From positions 3,753 to 67,752 of IMG/VR virus record IMGVR_UViG_3300036770_001978: a stretch of 64,000 bases of DNA. One strand, 5' to 3'. A program made the translations under genes and the position numbers. Source of the stretch: a virus. Below the pieces are notes generated by a model. That model was not told the origin of the DNA and made no database searches. It saw only the letters and a program-made list of their open reading frames with translations. This document shows positions 6,751 through 18,352 of the stretch, piece by piece. Each line of letters begins with the position of its first letter. The first letter of the stretch is position 1.

Positions 6751-8220
6751 ATGGCTGGACTGAACGAGGCGGGCATCGACGAGATCTTCGCCTCACGCCC
6801 CAAGCCCAACCCTGCCGCCCAGCCGGGTGCGTTGGGAATGGAGCGAGCCGATGCCATTCGCGGGGAGATTTACCGGCGGCACCGCATCGCCCCCGACACG
6901 CCGCTTGCGGACGCGATGAAGCAGATCGAGCAACGGTCGCAGATGCGGTCGGCTCTCGGCGTGGACGGCGGACAGCCATCGGCATGGGCGAACCCGGAGG
7001 AGCGGGCGAGGGCCAGGGAGGAGTACGCCCGGCAGGGCAGGACTCCGGCGGAGGTGAACAAGCGGTGGGAGGAGTCCACGCACCTGCTCGACCCCCGCAC
7101 CTACCAGTACATGCAGAACTTCGGCCGCGACCTGGACTTCTTGCAGGCTGAATCGCTCAAGAACGAGAGGGCGGCTCGCCTCCAGGATGCGCAAATCCCG
7201 GAGGCTGACCCGACTGGCATGGACATCTGGTCGGCAGCACGCGGAGTGCAGGCTGGAATGCTGGACGAAGGTGCAAAGCGAGCGATTCAGTATTACGACC
7301 AGGGCGGCGGACAGCGTTTGTCTGGTGCTGGTGGAGCAAACCCAGTGCGTGCGCCAAACGGCTACGCACGGTTTGACACTACGCCCAACGCGATCATGGA
7401 CAACATGACCAATCCGGACGTGCCGCTTGGGAACTACCTGACATTCTCGGAGACGGCACCCAACTTTCTTCGCCTGCAAGGAAGCGGGGAGACGGGAACG
7501 GCTGGCGAGTCGTGGGATAGGGCCAACGCCCAGCGACTTGCGGAGAATCGGTATCGCTTGTCCTCGCCGCACGCGATTCTCGACCTCCCATTTGGATCCA
7601 CCAACCAAGAAATCTCCCAGCGGATTGCTGCCTTGCAGAACGAAGTCAGGGCGTCAAGCATCCCGATGGCGGACGAGCGGTGGCAGAGGACGTTGGGCTG
7701 GACTCCTCCAGGCGTTCTTAGTGATGCAGGCGACTTTGCCATCAGCATGGTCGATCCGACTGTCGTAATGCCTGCGGCCAGGGGCGCTGGTGCGCTCACG
7801 AACGCCGCGCGGGCGGCGATGAAGGGCGCCAGAATTGCTGGATCGGGGTGGATCGCACCTGCCGTCCGCTCTGCGGCCGGGTCAGCAGCCAAAGATTTTG
7901 CCGTTGATATGGGCGTCGAGCAGGGCGTTGGGGCTGGTGTGCAAACCTCTATGGGCGGCGTGTTTGGCAGGTCGGACGGCCAGTATTGGCGTGGCGGCGG
8001 GAAGCCGGGCGTGGACTTTGACTACAAGACCGACGAGCAGGTGGCGGAGGCTCGCCGTGCGGGCGACCAACTCCATGCCCGACTGAAGGACGACGACGGA
8101 GTATCGAGAGCGGACAGCGAGGCATACAACCGGCTTGTCGCTACGGGCCTCCTCCCACAGCCCGGCAGTGACCTCCACCCGCGTCCGCAGTGGAGGATGA
8201 ACTCGTCCAACAAGCAGTAG
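6751..8220 (+). CDS. Hypothetical Ala/Gly-rich protein, possibly virion-internal
   Basis: 489 aa ORF with AAGGAG RBS, co-oriented with the head genes. Confidence 0.65.
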   Translation: MAGLNEAGIDEIFASRPKPNPAAQPGALGMERADAIRGEIYRRHRIAPDTPLADAMKQIEQRSQMRSALGVDGGQPSAWANPEERARAREEYARQGRTPAEVNKRWEESTHLLDPRTYQYMQNFGRDLDFLQAESLKNERAARLQDAQIPEADPTGMDIWSAARGVQAGMLDEGAKRAIQYYDQGGGQRLSGAGGANPVRAPNGYARFDTTPNAIMDNMTNPDVPLGNYLTFSETAPNFLRLQGSGETGTAGESWDRANAQRLAENRYRLSSPHAILDLPFGSTNQEISQRIAALQNEVRASSIPMADERWQRTLGWTPPGVLSDAGDFAISMVDPTVVMPAARGAGALTNAARAAMKGARIAGSGWIAPAVRSAAGSAAKDFAVDMGVEQGVGAGVQTSMGGVFGRSDGQYWRGGGKPGVDFDYKTDEQVAEARRAGDQLHARLKDDDGVSRADSEAYNRLVATGLLPQPGSDLHPRPQWRMNSSNKQ

Positions 8221-8227
8221 GGCTCCC

Positions 8228-9328
8228 ATGTCCGACGAAGCATCCGTCATCGACGAATCCGTAGACTCCACGCCAGACACCTCGACTGAAAGCACCTCCA
8301 GTGCCCCCTCGACGCCGGAAACTGCACCTGCGGCGGCTGCTGCACCGGCTCCACAACAGTCGGTCTGGGACGCCTTCAAGAATCTCGATGAGTTCCAGGG
8401 GCAGGACGACTTGGCGATTGCTCGCCGCCTCTATGCCTCTATGGAGCGGGAGAAAGCCGCAACTCAAGCCCTCCAGCAGTACCAGCAGTACATCCCATAC
8501 GCCCAGCAGTACCTCCAGAACCGAGAACCCTTTGAGCGATGGCTCTCCTCCCAGCGAGAGCAGCCCGCCGCCCAGCAGCCTGTCCAGAAGACCACTGCCG
8601 CAGAGGCGGTGAAGAAGTGGTGGAGCCCGCCGGAAGTCCGCGAGTCGTACAAGCAGTACCTCGTGAAAGACGAGAACGGACGGGAGGTGATCTCTGCCGA
8701 CGCCCCGCTCGACGCCAAGCACGCCCTGTACGAGTACCAGAAGTACAAGGCCGACTTCGCCCAGAAGTTCCTCACCAATCCGGAGGAAGCGCTGGGGCCG
8801 ATGATCCAAGAGATCGCCCAGCGTCAGGCCCAGCAGATCGTGGAGAGCCAGTTCCAGGAGGTGCAGCAGCACCAGTACGTCTCCGGACTGGAGAAGGAGA
8901 ACTCGGACTGGCTGTACGAGGCGGACGGCAAGACGCCAACCGCTGAAGGTCTGGCGGCGCAGACGTACATCGAAGAAGCCTCTCGCATGGGCATCCAGAG
9001 CGCAGAGGCGAGGTGGGAATACGCCACGAAAATGATCGAGCGTGATTTGCTTGATCGACTGCGTGGCATGCAGTCGCAGAGCGCCCAGCGAAGTGCGTTT
9101 GAGTCTGCTTTACCGCAGCAAATGGCACCTGCGATGCCTGCTGCTGCTGCGCCTGCGCCGACTGCCGATGCCGCAACTCAGGCACAGAAGGACATAGAGT
9201 TTCTTAGAAGGGAAGCGTCTCGCAATCCGAGTAGGGCTGCGGGGTCAAGCGACCCGAGAACACCGCAAGCACCTCTGACCTTTGAACAGCGTCTCGCTCG
9301 CCAACTGGCACGAGACGGCATCAACTGA
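8228..9328 (+). CDS. Putative capsid scaffolding protein
   Basis: Acidic low-complexity N-terminus, coiled-coil-like. Directly upstream of the MCP. Confidence 0.65.
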   Translation: MSDEASVIDESVDSTPDTSTESTSSAPSTPETAPAAAAAPAPQQSVWDAFKNLDEFQGQDDLAIARRLYASMEREKAATQALQQYQQYIPYAQQYLQNREPFERWLSSQREQPAAQQPVQKTTAAEAVKKWWSPPEVRESYKQYLVKDENGREVISADAPLDAKHALYEYQKYKADFAQKFLTNPEEALGPMIQEIAQRQAQQIVESQFQEVQQHQYVSGLEKENSDWLYEADGKTPTAEGLAAQTYIEEASRMGIQSAEARWEYATKMIERDLLDRLRGMQSQSAQRSAFESALPQQMAPAMPAAAAPAPTADAATQAQKDIEFLRREASRNPSRAAGSSDPRTPQAPLTFEQRLARQLARDGIN

Positions 9329-9342
9329 AAGGGTAACGCGAC

Positions 9343-10461
9343 ATGGCGTCAAGCGTTGACTGGGCTCGTTCGATTGGCACGACTCTGACCCTTCATCTGA
9401 AGGAAGAGGAGCAGACGACCTTCCGCAAGTTCAAGGTCTTCGCGGCCCTCCAGGCGAACGGCAACGTCGCCATGAATCAGGGTGGTCGCGGTTTCGACTG
9501 GCAGGTTCGCTATCGCAACATCCCCGTGTCCACGTACACGGGCGAGTCGCCGCGAGTCTTCGCACGCCACGCGCTCTGGCAGCGAGCCAACCTCCCGTAT
9601 CGGGGCTATTCGGTCACCGATCAGATCAGCAAGCGGGAGATGCTGGAGAATCGCGGTCAGGCCCAACTCATCGACGTGGCCGGGAAGATGACGAACCGGC
9701 TCACGGAGTCGATGCAGGAGCATCTCGCGAAGGAGGTGTTCATCGACGGGTACGCCAGCGGCAACGAGAATCGGTGGCATGGGCTTGAGTCCATGTTCTC
9801 CGTGAACGGGACGATCAACGTCGCCACTGGTGCCCAGCGGACGGCGAACGCCGCTGACCCCTTCGGCTTCCCGAACGACGAGTACGCCGGTCTGAAGACT
9901 GGTCTGGGTCAGTACGCTGGCTCGCAGTTGGCGACCGGCTCGTGGCCCCGAGTTCCGGCCGATCCGGAGTACGACTTCTGGTCGCCCATCGTGTGTAACT
10001 ACACGAGCACGGCCTTCGGTGGTGCGACGGCGACCTGGAAGGATCAGTGCATCGAGGCGATCCGAGAGTCGGTCAACCACGCGAAGCGGAACGACACTCG
10101 CGAGAACCAGATCGACATGATCCTCCTGGATCGGTCGATGTACATCCAGTTCCTCAACCGACTGGACAGCCGCGAGCGGGCCATTGTGTCGAAGACCAAC
10201 GGCCTGAAGTCTTACGGCTTCGGGGATGTGGTCGAAATCGACGGCATCGAAACCGCGAGCGACTACGCCGTGCCGCCGGGTGTGGGCTATGCCCTCTCTA
10301 TCGGCAACATGGAGATGAAGGTGATGACCGGCAACCTGCTGGAAGCGGAGGGACCGTTCTACAACGAGGAACTTTCCGCGTACCGCTACGCAGTCAGTGT
10401 CTTGGCAAACATCAAGATGAAAAGTCCGCGCAACTTTGTGAAGTTCGCGGCCCTCGCCTGA
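9343..10461 (+). CDS. Major capsid protein
   Basis: 372 aa. GG..FDWQV.Y, I.K.E.L.N.G...LID and GL.S pattern of HK97-fold MCPs. Position fits. Confidence 0.8.
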   Translation: MASSVDWARSIGTTLTLHLKEEEQTTFRKFKVFAALQANGNVAMNQGGRGFDWQVRYRNIPVSTYTGESPRVFARHALWQRANLPYRGYSVTDQISKREMLENRGQAQLIDVAGKMTNRLTESMQEHLAKEVFIDGYASGNENRWHGLESMFSVNGTINVATGAQRTANAADPFGFPNDEYAGLKTGLGQYAGSQLATGSWPRVPADPEYDFWSPIVCNYTSTAFGGATATWKDQCIEAIRESVNHAKRNDTRENQIDMILLDRSMYIQFLNRLDSRERAIVSKTNGLKSYGFGDVVEIDGIETASDYAVPPGVGYALSIGNMEMKVMTGNLLEAEGPFYNEELSAYRYAVSVLANIKMKSPRNFVKFAALA

Positions 10462-10495
10462 TCCTCAACAGCCACCAGAAGGAGAGTCCTCGCAG

Positions 10496-11032
10496 ATGAG
10501 TACGCTGACTGCTGATCCCGGATTTGCTCGCGGCCAGACGCTTGGCGTCACCGTGACGCTGTACGAGGCCGAGAACGGCGACGGTTCGACGGTTGTGGGC
10601 GTCCGCAAGGTGTTCCGCGATGAAGACCCGAAGACCGGCGCTCTCAAGAGCAACCGGGAGGTCGAGTGCATCGCCGTGAAGAACACGAGCGGCTCGGCCC
10701 TCCTGCCGGGTTCGGTCGCCAAGTTCAAGGACGCTGCCATCCTGTCCGAAGTGGACGGTCTGGCGACGACCTCGACGGCCCTCATGGGCATCGTGGACGA
10801 GTACCTCCCCGCTGCTGGCGTTGCCAACAACGAGGTGTTCTGGCTCGTGGTTCGTGGCCCCTCGACGGTGACGAAGACCTCGACCAGCGTTTCGGCTGGC
10901 GCCTCCTACGGCCTGTCGGCTACGGCTGGCTCGGCGGCGGCTCAGTCCACGAACCCGCTGCTCGGCTACGCCATCGAGACGAGTGCCACGACCTCCGGTC
11001 GGATCCTGGTTCGCACGAACGCTGGCTTCTGA
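10496..11032 (+). CDS. Putative capsid decoration/cement protein
   Basis: Follows the MCP. VKNTSG..L.PG, GIVDEYLP and FWLVV.GP beta-rich pattern. Confidence 0.6.
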   Translation: MSTLTADPGFARGQTLGVTVTLYEAENGDGSTVVGVRKVFRDEDPKTGALKSNREVECIAVKNTSGSALLPGSVAKFKDAAILSEVDGLATTSTALMGIVDEYLPAAGVANNEVFWLVVRGPSTVTKTSTSVSAGASYGLSATAGSAAAQSTNPLLGYAIETSATTSGRILVRTNAGF

Positions 11033-11060
11033 TTCGGTTCATCTCACGTCGCGACGTTGC

Positions 11061-11106
11061 GGGGCCGCAGGAGGGGAGGGACACCCACCTGCGGCCCCTG
11101 CTCTTT
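11061..11106 (+). terminator. Intrinsic terminator-like hairpin after the MCP and decoration genes
   Basis: GGGGCCGCAGG / CCTGCGGCCCC 11-bp stem followed by TGCTCTTT. Confidence 0.6.
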
Positions 11107-11124
11107 GTATAGGGAGTATCGACA

Positions 11125-11334
11125 GTGCCGCTTCCCAATGAACCTAGTCCGATGAGCCAGTTCGATCAGCCTGACCGGCAGGCGATCATGGCCCAGTTGC
11201 ACACGGCGGGGCTGCTGGACTTCCCGGAGTTGGAGGACTTCAAGGCCAAGCGGGAGGTGGGTGCCGGTCGCGTTCCGGCCCCGAAGGACGGCATGGCCCC
11301 GATGATCTCGTCGGTTCCGCAGGCTGACAGGTGA
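11125..11334 (+). CDS. Hypothetical protein
   Basis: GGGAG RBS. Fills the gap in the late operon. Confidence 0.55.
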   Translation: MPLPNEPSPMSQFDQPDRQAIMAQLHTAGLLDFPELEDFKAKREVGAGRVPAPKDGMAPMISSVPQADR

Positions 11335-11337
11335 AGC

Positions 11338-11616
11338 ATGGGAAAGACAGAGGACAGCATCCGCAGCCTGATCCCCAATCGCCCAGTGCGTGACTCGCAG
11401 GGCGGCAAGAAGTTCGTCGTGCGGGCGAAGGTGGGCGACGAGGAGCGGATCGTTCGCTTTGGCGACTCCTCGATGGGCCACTATCGGGAAGGCGGCAGCG
11501 ATGGGGACGGTCACGGCGACGAGGGTCGTCGGGCCAACTTCAAGTCCCGCCACAACTGCGACGAGAAGAACGACAAACTCACGCCCGGCTGGTGGTCGTG
11601 TAACTGGAGTTGGTGA
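11338..11616 (+). CDS. Conserved small viral protein (DUF5754/DUF6321-like)
   Basis: KKFVV...VRFGD..M...RR.NF..RH.C...TPGWWS motif. Confidence 0.65.
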   Translation: MGKTEDSIRSLIPNRPVRDSQGGKKFVVRAKVGDEERIVRFGDSSMGHYREGGSDGDGHGDEGRRANFKSRHNCDEKNDKLTPGWWSCNWSW

Positions 11617-11619
11617 CGC

Positions 11620-12297
11620 ATGTCCGACAAGACCTGCACCGACTGCGGCCAGTCCTTTCCACTTTCCAGAAACCACTTCCGCGTCAAGAAGGACGGGTCG
11701 TGGGATCCTCGCTGCGTCATGTGCCGCGCGAAGGTGAATCGCGGCAAGAAGTTGAAGCAGAAGAAGCGTGACATGGCGGCAATCGAGCATGGTGCCCTCG
11801 ACGCTTTCGCGAAGGCTGCTGGCAGGGGAGGGGAGAACATCCCGCACTCCAGCGAACTGCTGGAGCGGCTGATGGAGTATTTCGGCGGGTCCAACGGGTT
11901 CGCCGCCATGATGGTCAAGCAGTATTTCGACGCCCCTCCCGGCGGCTCGCACCGCACCAAGTTGCTGGAGGGCATCGTCCGCCTTGTCACGAAGAACACC
12001 GAACTGGGCGGGGCGAAGAAGCCGCTGACTCAGTGGTCTGACGAGGAGTTGGAGTCCGAGTTGGATCAGCGTCTCAGCCGCATTGCCATGAGTATTGGTG
12101 GAGGGTTCCTCAATGTCGAAGTCACGCCGCAAACCCCCTCAGATTTCGCCGCTGCCGTCCGTCAAGCGATTGGGGTCGTTCCAGCAGAGCGAACTCAAGG
12201 AGATGCAGGCGGAGTTGGCGAGCCGCCGGATCGAGGCATTGCGGCTCTACCAGCCGACGCCCAAGCAGGAGGAAGTCCACCAGTCCCGGTCGAGTGA
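11620..12297 (+). CDS. Zn-finger protein, probable terminase small subunit
   Basis: CxxC...CxxC at the N-terminus and ..SDEELE..L motif. Immediately upstream of, and overlapping, terL. Confidence 0.55.
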   Translation: MSDKTCTDCGQSFPLSRNHFRVKKDGSWDPRCVMCRAKVNRGKKLKQKKRDMAAIEHGALDAFAKAAGRGGENIPHSSELLERLMEYFGGSNGFAAMMVKQYFDAPPGGSHRTKLLEGIVRLVTKNTELGGAKKPLTQWSDEELESELDQRLSRIAMSIGGGFLNVEVTPQTPSDFAAAVRQAIGVVPAERTQGDAGGVGEPPDRGIAALPADAQAGGSPPVPVE

Positions 12298-13819
12298 GAT
12301 GCTGGTGCTAGGCGGTAACCGCTCCGGCAAGTCGCTCTGCACCTTCGTGGAGGACGCCCGTGCTGTCTGCGGGAAAGACCCGCACGGGAAGTATCCCGAG
12401 AAGGACGGCATCCTCGCCATCGTCGGCAAGGACTGGAAGCACATCGGCCTTGTGGTCTACCCCATGCTGTTCATGGCTGGGGCGTTCAAGATCATCAAGG
12501 ACGAGAAGACGGGCGAGTGGCGTGCCTACAACCCGGCGACCGACTCTGCCCGTGAGCGTGAGGCCAAGCCCGCCCCGCCACTGATCCCGCCTCGCATGGT
12601 GGCGAAGAAGTCGTGGATTCTGAAGTCCGCTCGCTACATCCAGTCCTGCACGCTGACCAACGGCTGGCAAATCTACTTCTTCTCGTCGGAAGGAGAGCCC
12701 CCACAGGGCTGGCAGGCAAACAGGGTCCACATCGACGAAGACGTAAACAACGGCGATGCGTGGGTTCCGGAAATGCAGGCCCGCCTCTCTGACCGTCGCG
12801 GTGTATTTGCGTGGTCGGCTATGCCGCACAGCAAGAACGACTCGCTCCAGTCGCTTGCGGAGCGGGCCGACAAGTTGGCGGAGGAGGGCGTCGAGAATCC
12901 GACCATCGTCAAGTTCCAACTCAGATTCCTGGACAACCCGCACATCCCGGACGACGAGAAGCGGAAGCGTATCGAAGGCTGGGCGGCGCTGGGCGACGAC
13001 GTGCTGCGGATGCGCAGTGAGGGCGAGTTCATCAGCGACTCGATCCTCTGCTACCCGACGTTCGCCATGCACGTTCACGGCTACGACCGGACGGAACTGG
13101 AGAACCTGACCGTCCCAAACGATTGGTGCCGGTACGCCGCCATCGACCCTGGTCACGCCGTCACGTCGGTGCTATTCGCCGCCGTGCCGCCCGACGAGTC
13201 GATGATGCTGATCTACGACCAACTCTACATCCGCAACTGCAACGCCATCGTCTTTGGCGAGAAGATGCGGGAGAAGTGTCAGGGCCAGAACTTCTACGCC
13301 TTCATCATCGACATGCACGGCGGTCGGCTCCGCGAGATCGGCTCCGGTCGCCTGCCGGTGGAACTGTACACCGAGCAACTCAAGGCGCAGGGGGTGGCCA
13401 GCGAGACGACGGGGCACAGTTTTCTGGCGGGGTGCGACGACGTGCAGGCCCGTATGTCGGCCGTCCGGAACTACCTCCACATCCGCCCTGACGGCAGGCC
13501 CATGCTGCGGGTGCTGCGGAACGCCGTCCCCGACCTGGAGCGGGAACTCAAGCGGTACAAGCACAAGACCCAGTTGGTTGGCGGCACCTACGTCGTGACG
13601 GACCAGCCGAACACACGGGGGGAAGTCCACGCCTGCCAGTGCTTGGAGTACCTCTGTGCCTATCGACCTCGCTGGCACAAGCCTAAAGTCGATGTCGGTC
13701 CCGATCCCTGGTACGTCGATTGGGTGCGGAAACGCAAGAAGCGTCTCGCAGCCGAGTCCGACGAGTTCATCTTCTTAGGCCCACAGTCAGGAGCGAAGTA
13801 TGGAAGCCGAATCCTTTAG
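12113..13819 (+). CDS. terL: Terminase large subunit
   Basis: PTPKQ, Walker A GGNRSGKS, Walker B VHIDE, DNPHI, RNase H-like AIDPG. Confidence 0.92.
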   Translation: MSKSRRKPPQISPLPSVKRLGSFQQSELKEMQAELASRRIEALRLYQPTPKQEEVHQSRSSEMLVLGGNRSGKSLCTFVEDARAVCGKDPHGKYPEKDGILAIVGKDWKHIGLVVYPMLFMAGAFKIIKDEKTGEWRAYNPATDSAREREAKPAPPLIPPRMVAKKSWILKSARYIQSCTLTNGWQIYFFSSEGEPPQGWQANRVHIDEDVNNGDAWVPEMQARLSDRRGVFAWSAMPHSKNDSLQSLAERADKLAEEGVENPTIVKFQLRFLDNPHIPDDEKRKRIEGWAALGDDVLRMRSEGEFISDSILCYPTFAMHVHGYDRTELENLTVPNDWCRYAAIDPGHAVTSVLFAAVPPDESMMLIYDQLYIRNCNAIVFGEKMREKCQGQNFYAFIIDMHGGRLREIGSGRLPVELYTEQLKAQGVASETTGHSFLAGCDDVQARMSAVRNYLHIRPDGRPMLRVLRNAVPDLERELKRYKHKTQLVGGTYVVTDQPNTRGEVHACQCLEYLCAYRPRWHKPKVDVGPDPWYVDWVRKRKKRLAAESDEFIFLGPQSGAKYGSRIL

Positions 13820-14139
13820 CCCGCCGCAGGTCCGCGTTGGGGACAGCGTGTACTGGTATCACGACCCGCTGAACTGCAACGAGCCGACGCTCGGCTGGAT
13901 CGTGGAGCGGCCCGGCGTCATGACGGTCAGCGTCCTCACCTTCTCCCCGAACACGGGCTTCCTGGAGCGTCCGTCCGTGCGGCACAAGGACGATCCCGGC
14001 TTGCAGGAGCACTCCGAGTGGCGGCAGTGGGGCTGCTGGGACTTCACGCCGCAGTCTGCACAGATGCGAAAGATGGATGGCCTCGTGGCTCAGATCGCCA
14101 GCCTGACGGAACAGGTTGCCCTTGCAAGGAAGCAAAACG

Positions 14140-14159
<20 letters not shown>
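13800..14159 (+). CDS. Hypothetical protein
   Basis: AGGAG RBS. Lies between terL and portal. Confidence 0.7.
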
Positions 14160-16164
<2,005 letters not shown>

Positions 16165-16187
16165 CAGGACAAGAACTTATAGACGCC

Positions 16188-16742
16188 ATGAAGACCGACA
16201 TCACACTGCCGCCCGAAATTGCCTCCGCTGGCTGGGAGGTGCAATCGCACTACCTCCGTCTCATCGAGGACGGGCAGACGGAGCGGTTTGCTGCCATGTG
16301 TGCCCTGCGTCAGCCTCCCGGTACAAGAGGCAGCGACCGGGCGTTCATGCAGGGTCGCTATGGTGGCGAGTGGCTCAACAACATTCCCCGCAAGCAGGCG
16401 GACTGGCTGATTGGGCAAGCCCGCGACGCCGGGATCAACACCACCGGCAAGTTCTACATGGGCGGCATCGCTGACAAGCGGGGCCACCTCGACCCGGAGG
16501 CGTGGGTGGACTCGACCGGCGACATTCTGCGGGTCGCCAAGAAGCGTGACCTGGAAGTTCACGGCATCGTGGACTACGTGCCGCCGGAGAAGGGTCCGCC
16601 GAAGGAAGTGGACATCAACCCCCGCATCCTTCGTGAGCATGTCCGCGAGGAGATGAAGAACAACCCGAAACTCAAGCGTGGCGAGGCCATCGAGAAGGTG
16701 AAGGACCGCATCGTGCCTCACTGGAAAAGGAAGAAGAAGTAA
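16188..16742 (+). CDS. Hypothetical protein
   Basis: 184 aa, coupled to the next gene (TAATG). Confidence 0.7.
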   Translation: MKTDITLPPEIASAGWEVQSHYLRLIEDGQTERFAAMCALRQPPGTRGSDRAFMQGRYGGEWLNNIPRKQADWLIGQARDAGINTTGKFYMGGIADKRGHLDPEAWVDSTGDILRVAKKRDLEVHGIVDYVPPEKGPPKEVDINPRILREHVREEMKNNPKLKRGEAIEKVKDRIVPHWKRKKK

Positions 16743-17071
16743 TGCCGAACAAGATCGAGCGACTCAACTCCGTGACGGGCACGTTCGTCGCCACGAACAG
16801 TGCCAGCACCAGCCCCAAGATTCCGTTCGCTGCGGCGGGTGGTGGCGTGCTCATCGTGGACGCCGTGTCCAGTGCCACGACGATTACGTGGCACGTCGCA
16901 TTCGGTCCGGAACTGACGCCCGTCCCGCTCAATGCGGACGGCTCGGGTGTGACCACGACCATTGCGACCAACAACGCCTACACGCTGCCGGATGCCCTGT
17001 TTGCGGCTCCGTTCATCGTGGCGGTGACGAACGCTGGCACGGCGACGTTCCGCGTGAGCGTGAAGGGCTGA
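16742..17071 (+). CDS. Small beta-rich putative virion protein
   Basis: Thr/Ala/Val-rich, in the structural operon. Confidence 0.6.
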   Translation: MPNKIERLNSVTGTFVATNSASTSPKIPFAAAGGGVLIVDAVSSATTITWHVAFGPELTPVPLNADGSGVTTTIATNNAYTLPDALFAAPFIVAVTNAGTATFRVSVKG

Positions 17072-17096
17072 TTATCCGGTCACGCAGGGGGCGTCG

Positions 17097-17981
17097 ATGT
17101 ACTACTGCGGGCAGGACATTCTAGAATACCTGATGAACTCCGTTGGCGGCGGGGCTCAGGACAGCGAGCATCGCCTGCTGCGAGCCGCTGCACACCACGC
17201 CCACCGCGACGTGACGCACGCCCGCGACTGGAACTGGCACGTCACGACGGCCACCCTGACCACGCCCGACGCAGGCGGCGGTCCCGGATTCACCTACACG
17301 CTGCCCGCCAACGTGCGGAACGTGGACTCCATCATTCCGCCCGTGACGAGTCCGTCGTCGGTGAAGTACGTCACGCCGATGGAGTGGGAGCGGCTGAACG
17401 TCGTGCTGCCGGAACTCAACTCGCCCATCCTGTGGACTGTCGTCAAGCATCCGACGCTCTACGACCGCTGGGCCTTGAAGGTCGTGGGCGACCCGGACAT
17501 CACGCAAACGCTGACCTACACCTACCGGCGGAAGCCCGCCCCCTTGCGGTACATGGGATACGAGGCGGCGAGCCGCAATGGGTCGCTGTCCACGACTGGG
17601 TTGGTGAAGCGATACGGCACGGCCACCGCCTTTCCGGAGGGGCCAGCGGGGATCAACCCGTTTACCGCCGAAGAGATCATCGGGGTCGCCGGAAGTCTGG
17701 TGGGCACGCCTCCAGCCAGTGCCAAGACCGTCGTGTCGGATTACCTCGATGTGAGCGACACCATGTTCACTGCCGTCCTGTCTGGCGCTGAGGTGTGGGT
17801 CGCCAAGATGCTGGGCAAGAACGTCGAGGGGTCGCTGACCGTCTACGCCCGCGACCTGCGGATGGCGTTTGAGGCGGATGTTGTGGCGCCCGTCAGCGGC
17901 ACTCGTCCAGACGGCATCGTCGTGAGCGGCCCGCGTTCGCTCGGGTACTACTCGCCCTCTGGTGCAGACACGGGGGTGTAG
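17097..17981 (+). CDS. Putative head-tail adaptor (tail tubular A-like)
   Basis: AHRDV..ARDWNW, YTLP, Y.Y.RKP pattern. Position after portal. Confidence 0.6.
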   Translation: MYYCGQDILEYLMNSVGGGAQDSEHRLLRAAAHHAHRDVTHARDWNWHVTTATLTTPDAGGGPGFTYTLPANVRNVDSIIPPVTSPSSVKYVTPMEWERLNVVLPELNSPILWTVVKHPTLYDRWALKVVGDPDITQTLTYTYRRKPAPLRYMGYEAASRNGSLSTTGLVKRYGTATAFPEGPAGINPFTAEEIIGVAGSLVGTPPASAKTVVSDYLDVSDTMFTAVLSGAEVWVAKMLGKNVEGSLTVYARDLRMAFEADVVAPVSGTRPDGIVVSGPRSLGYYSPSGADTGV

Positions 17982-17983
17982 TC

Positions 17984-18352
17984 ATGGCGGACGCAATGTG
18001 GGCAGGGCTGGTCACCAACGCCAGCCCGTATGCCATCCCTGCTGGCGCTGCCGTCGAGCAGACCAATATCGTCACGTCCACGCCGGGCCAACTCACCAGT
18101 CGCGGCGGCATGCGGCCAGTGTCGTTCACGGGCGCGGCCCCAGAGATCCGGGACTGCTACCCGTACGTGTTTGCGAACATCGCCAAACTGATTGTCCTCG
18201 ACGCTGCCGGTCAAGTGCAGGCGTTGACCTCGCCCGCGTACGGCACCGCCCTGTCGAGTCCCATTGACCCCGTGCTGTCGCCGTCCTCTGGGGAGGTGCA
18301 GAGCAGTTACACGGGCACGTTCTATGACCACGCAGGGGAGCCGCCCTCGTGA
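17984..18352 (+). CDS. Virion protein resembling the N-terminus of nozzle/stabilisation proteins
   Basis: W.GL.T...P..IP.GA....N.....G.L..RGG motif. GTGA-coupled to the next ORF. Confidence 0.5.
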   Translation: MADAMWAGLVTNASPYAIPAGAAVEQTNIVTSTPGQLTSRGGMRPVSFTGAAPEIRDCYPYVFANIAKLIVLDAAGQVQALTSPAYGTALSSPIDPVLSPSSGEVQSSYTGTFYDHAGEPPS

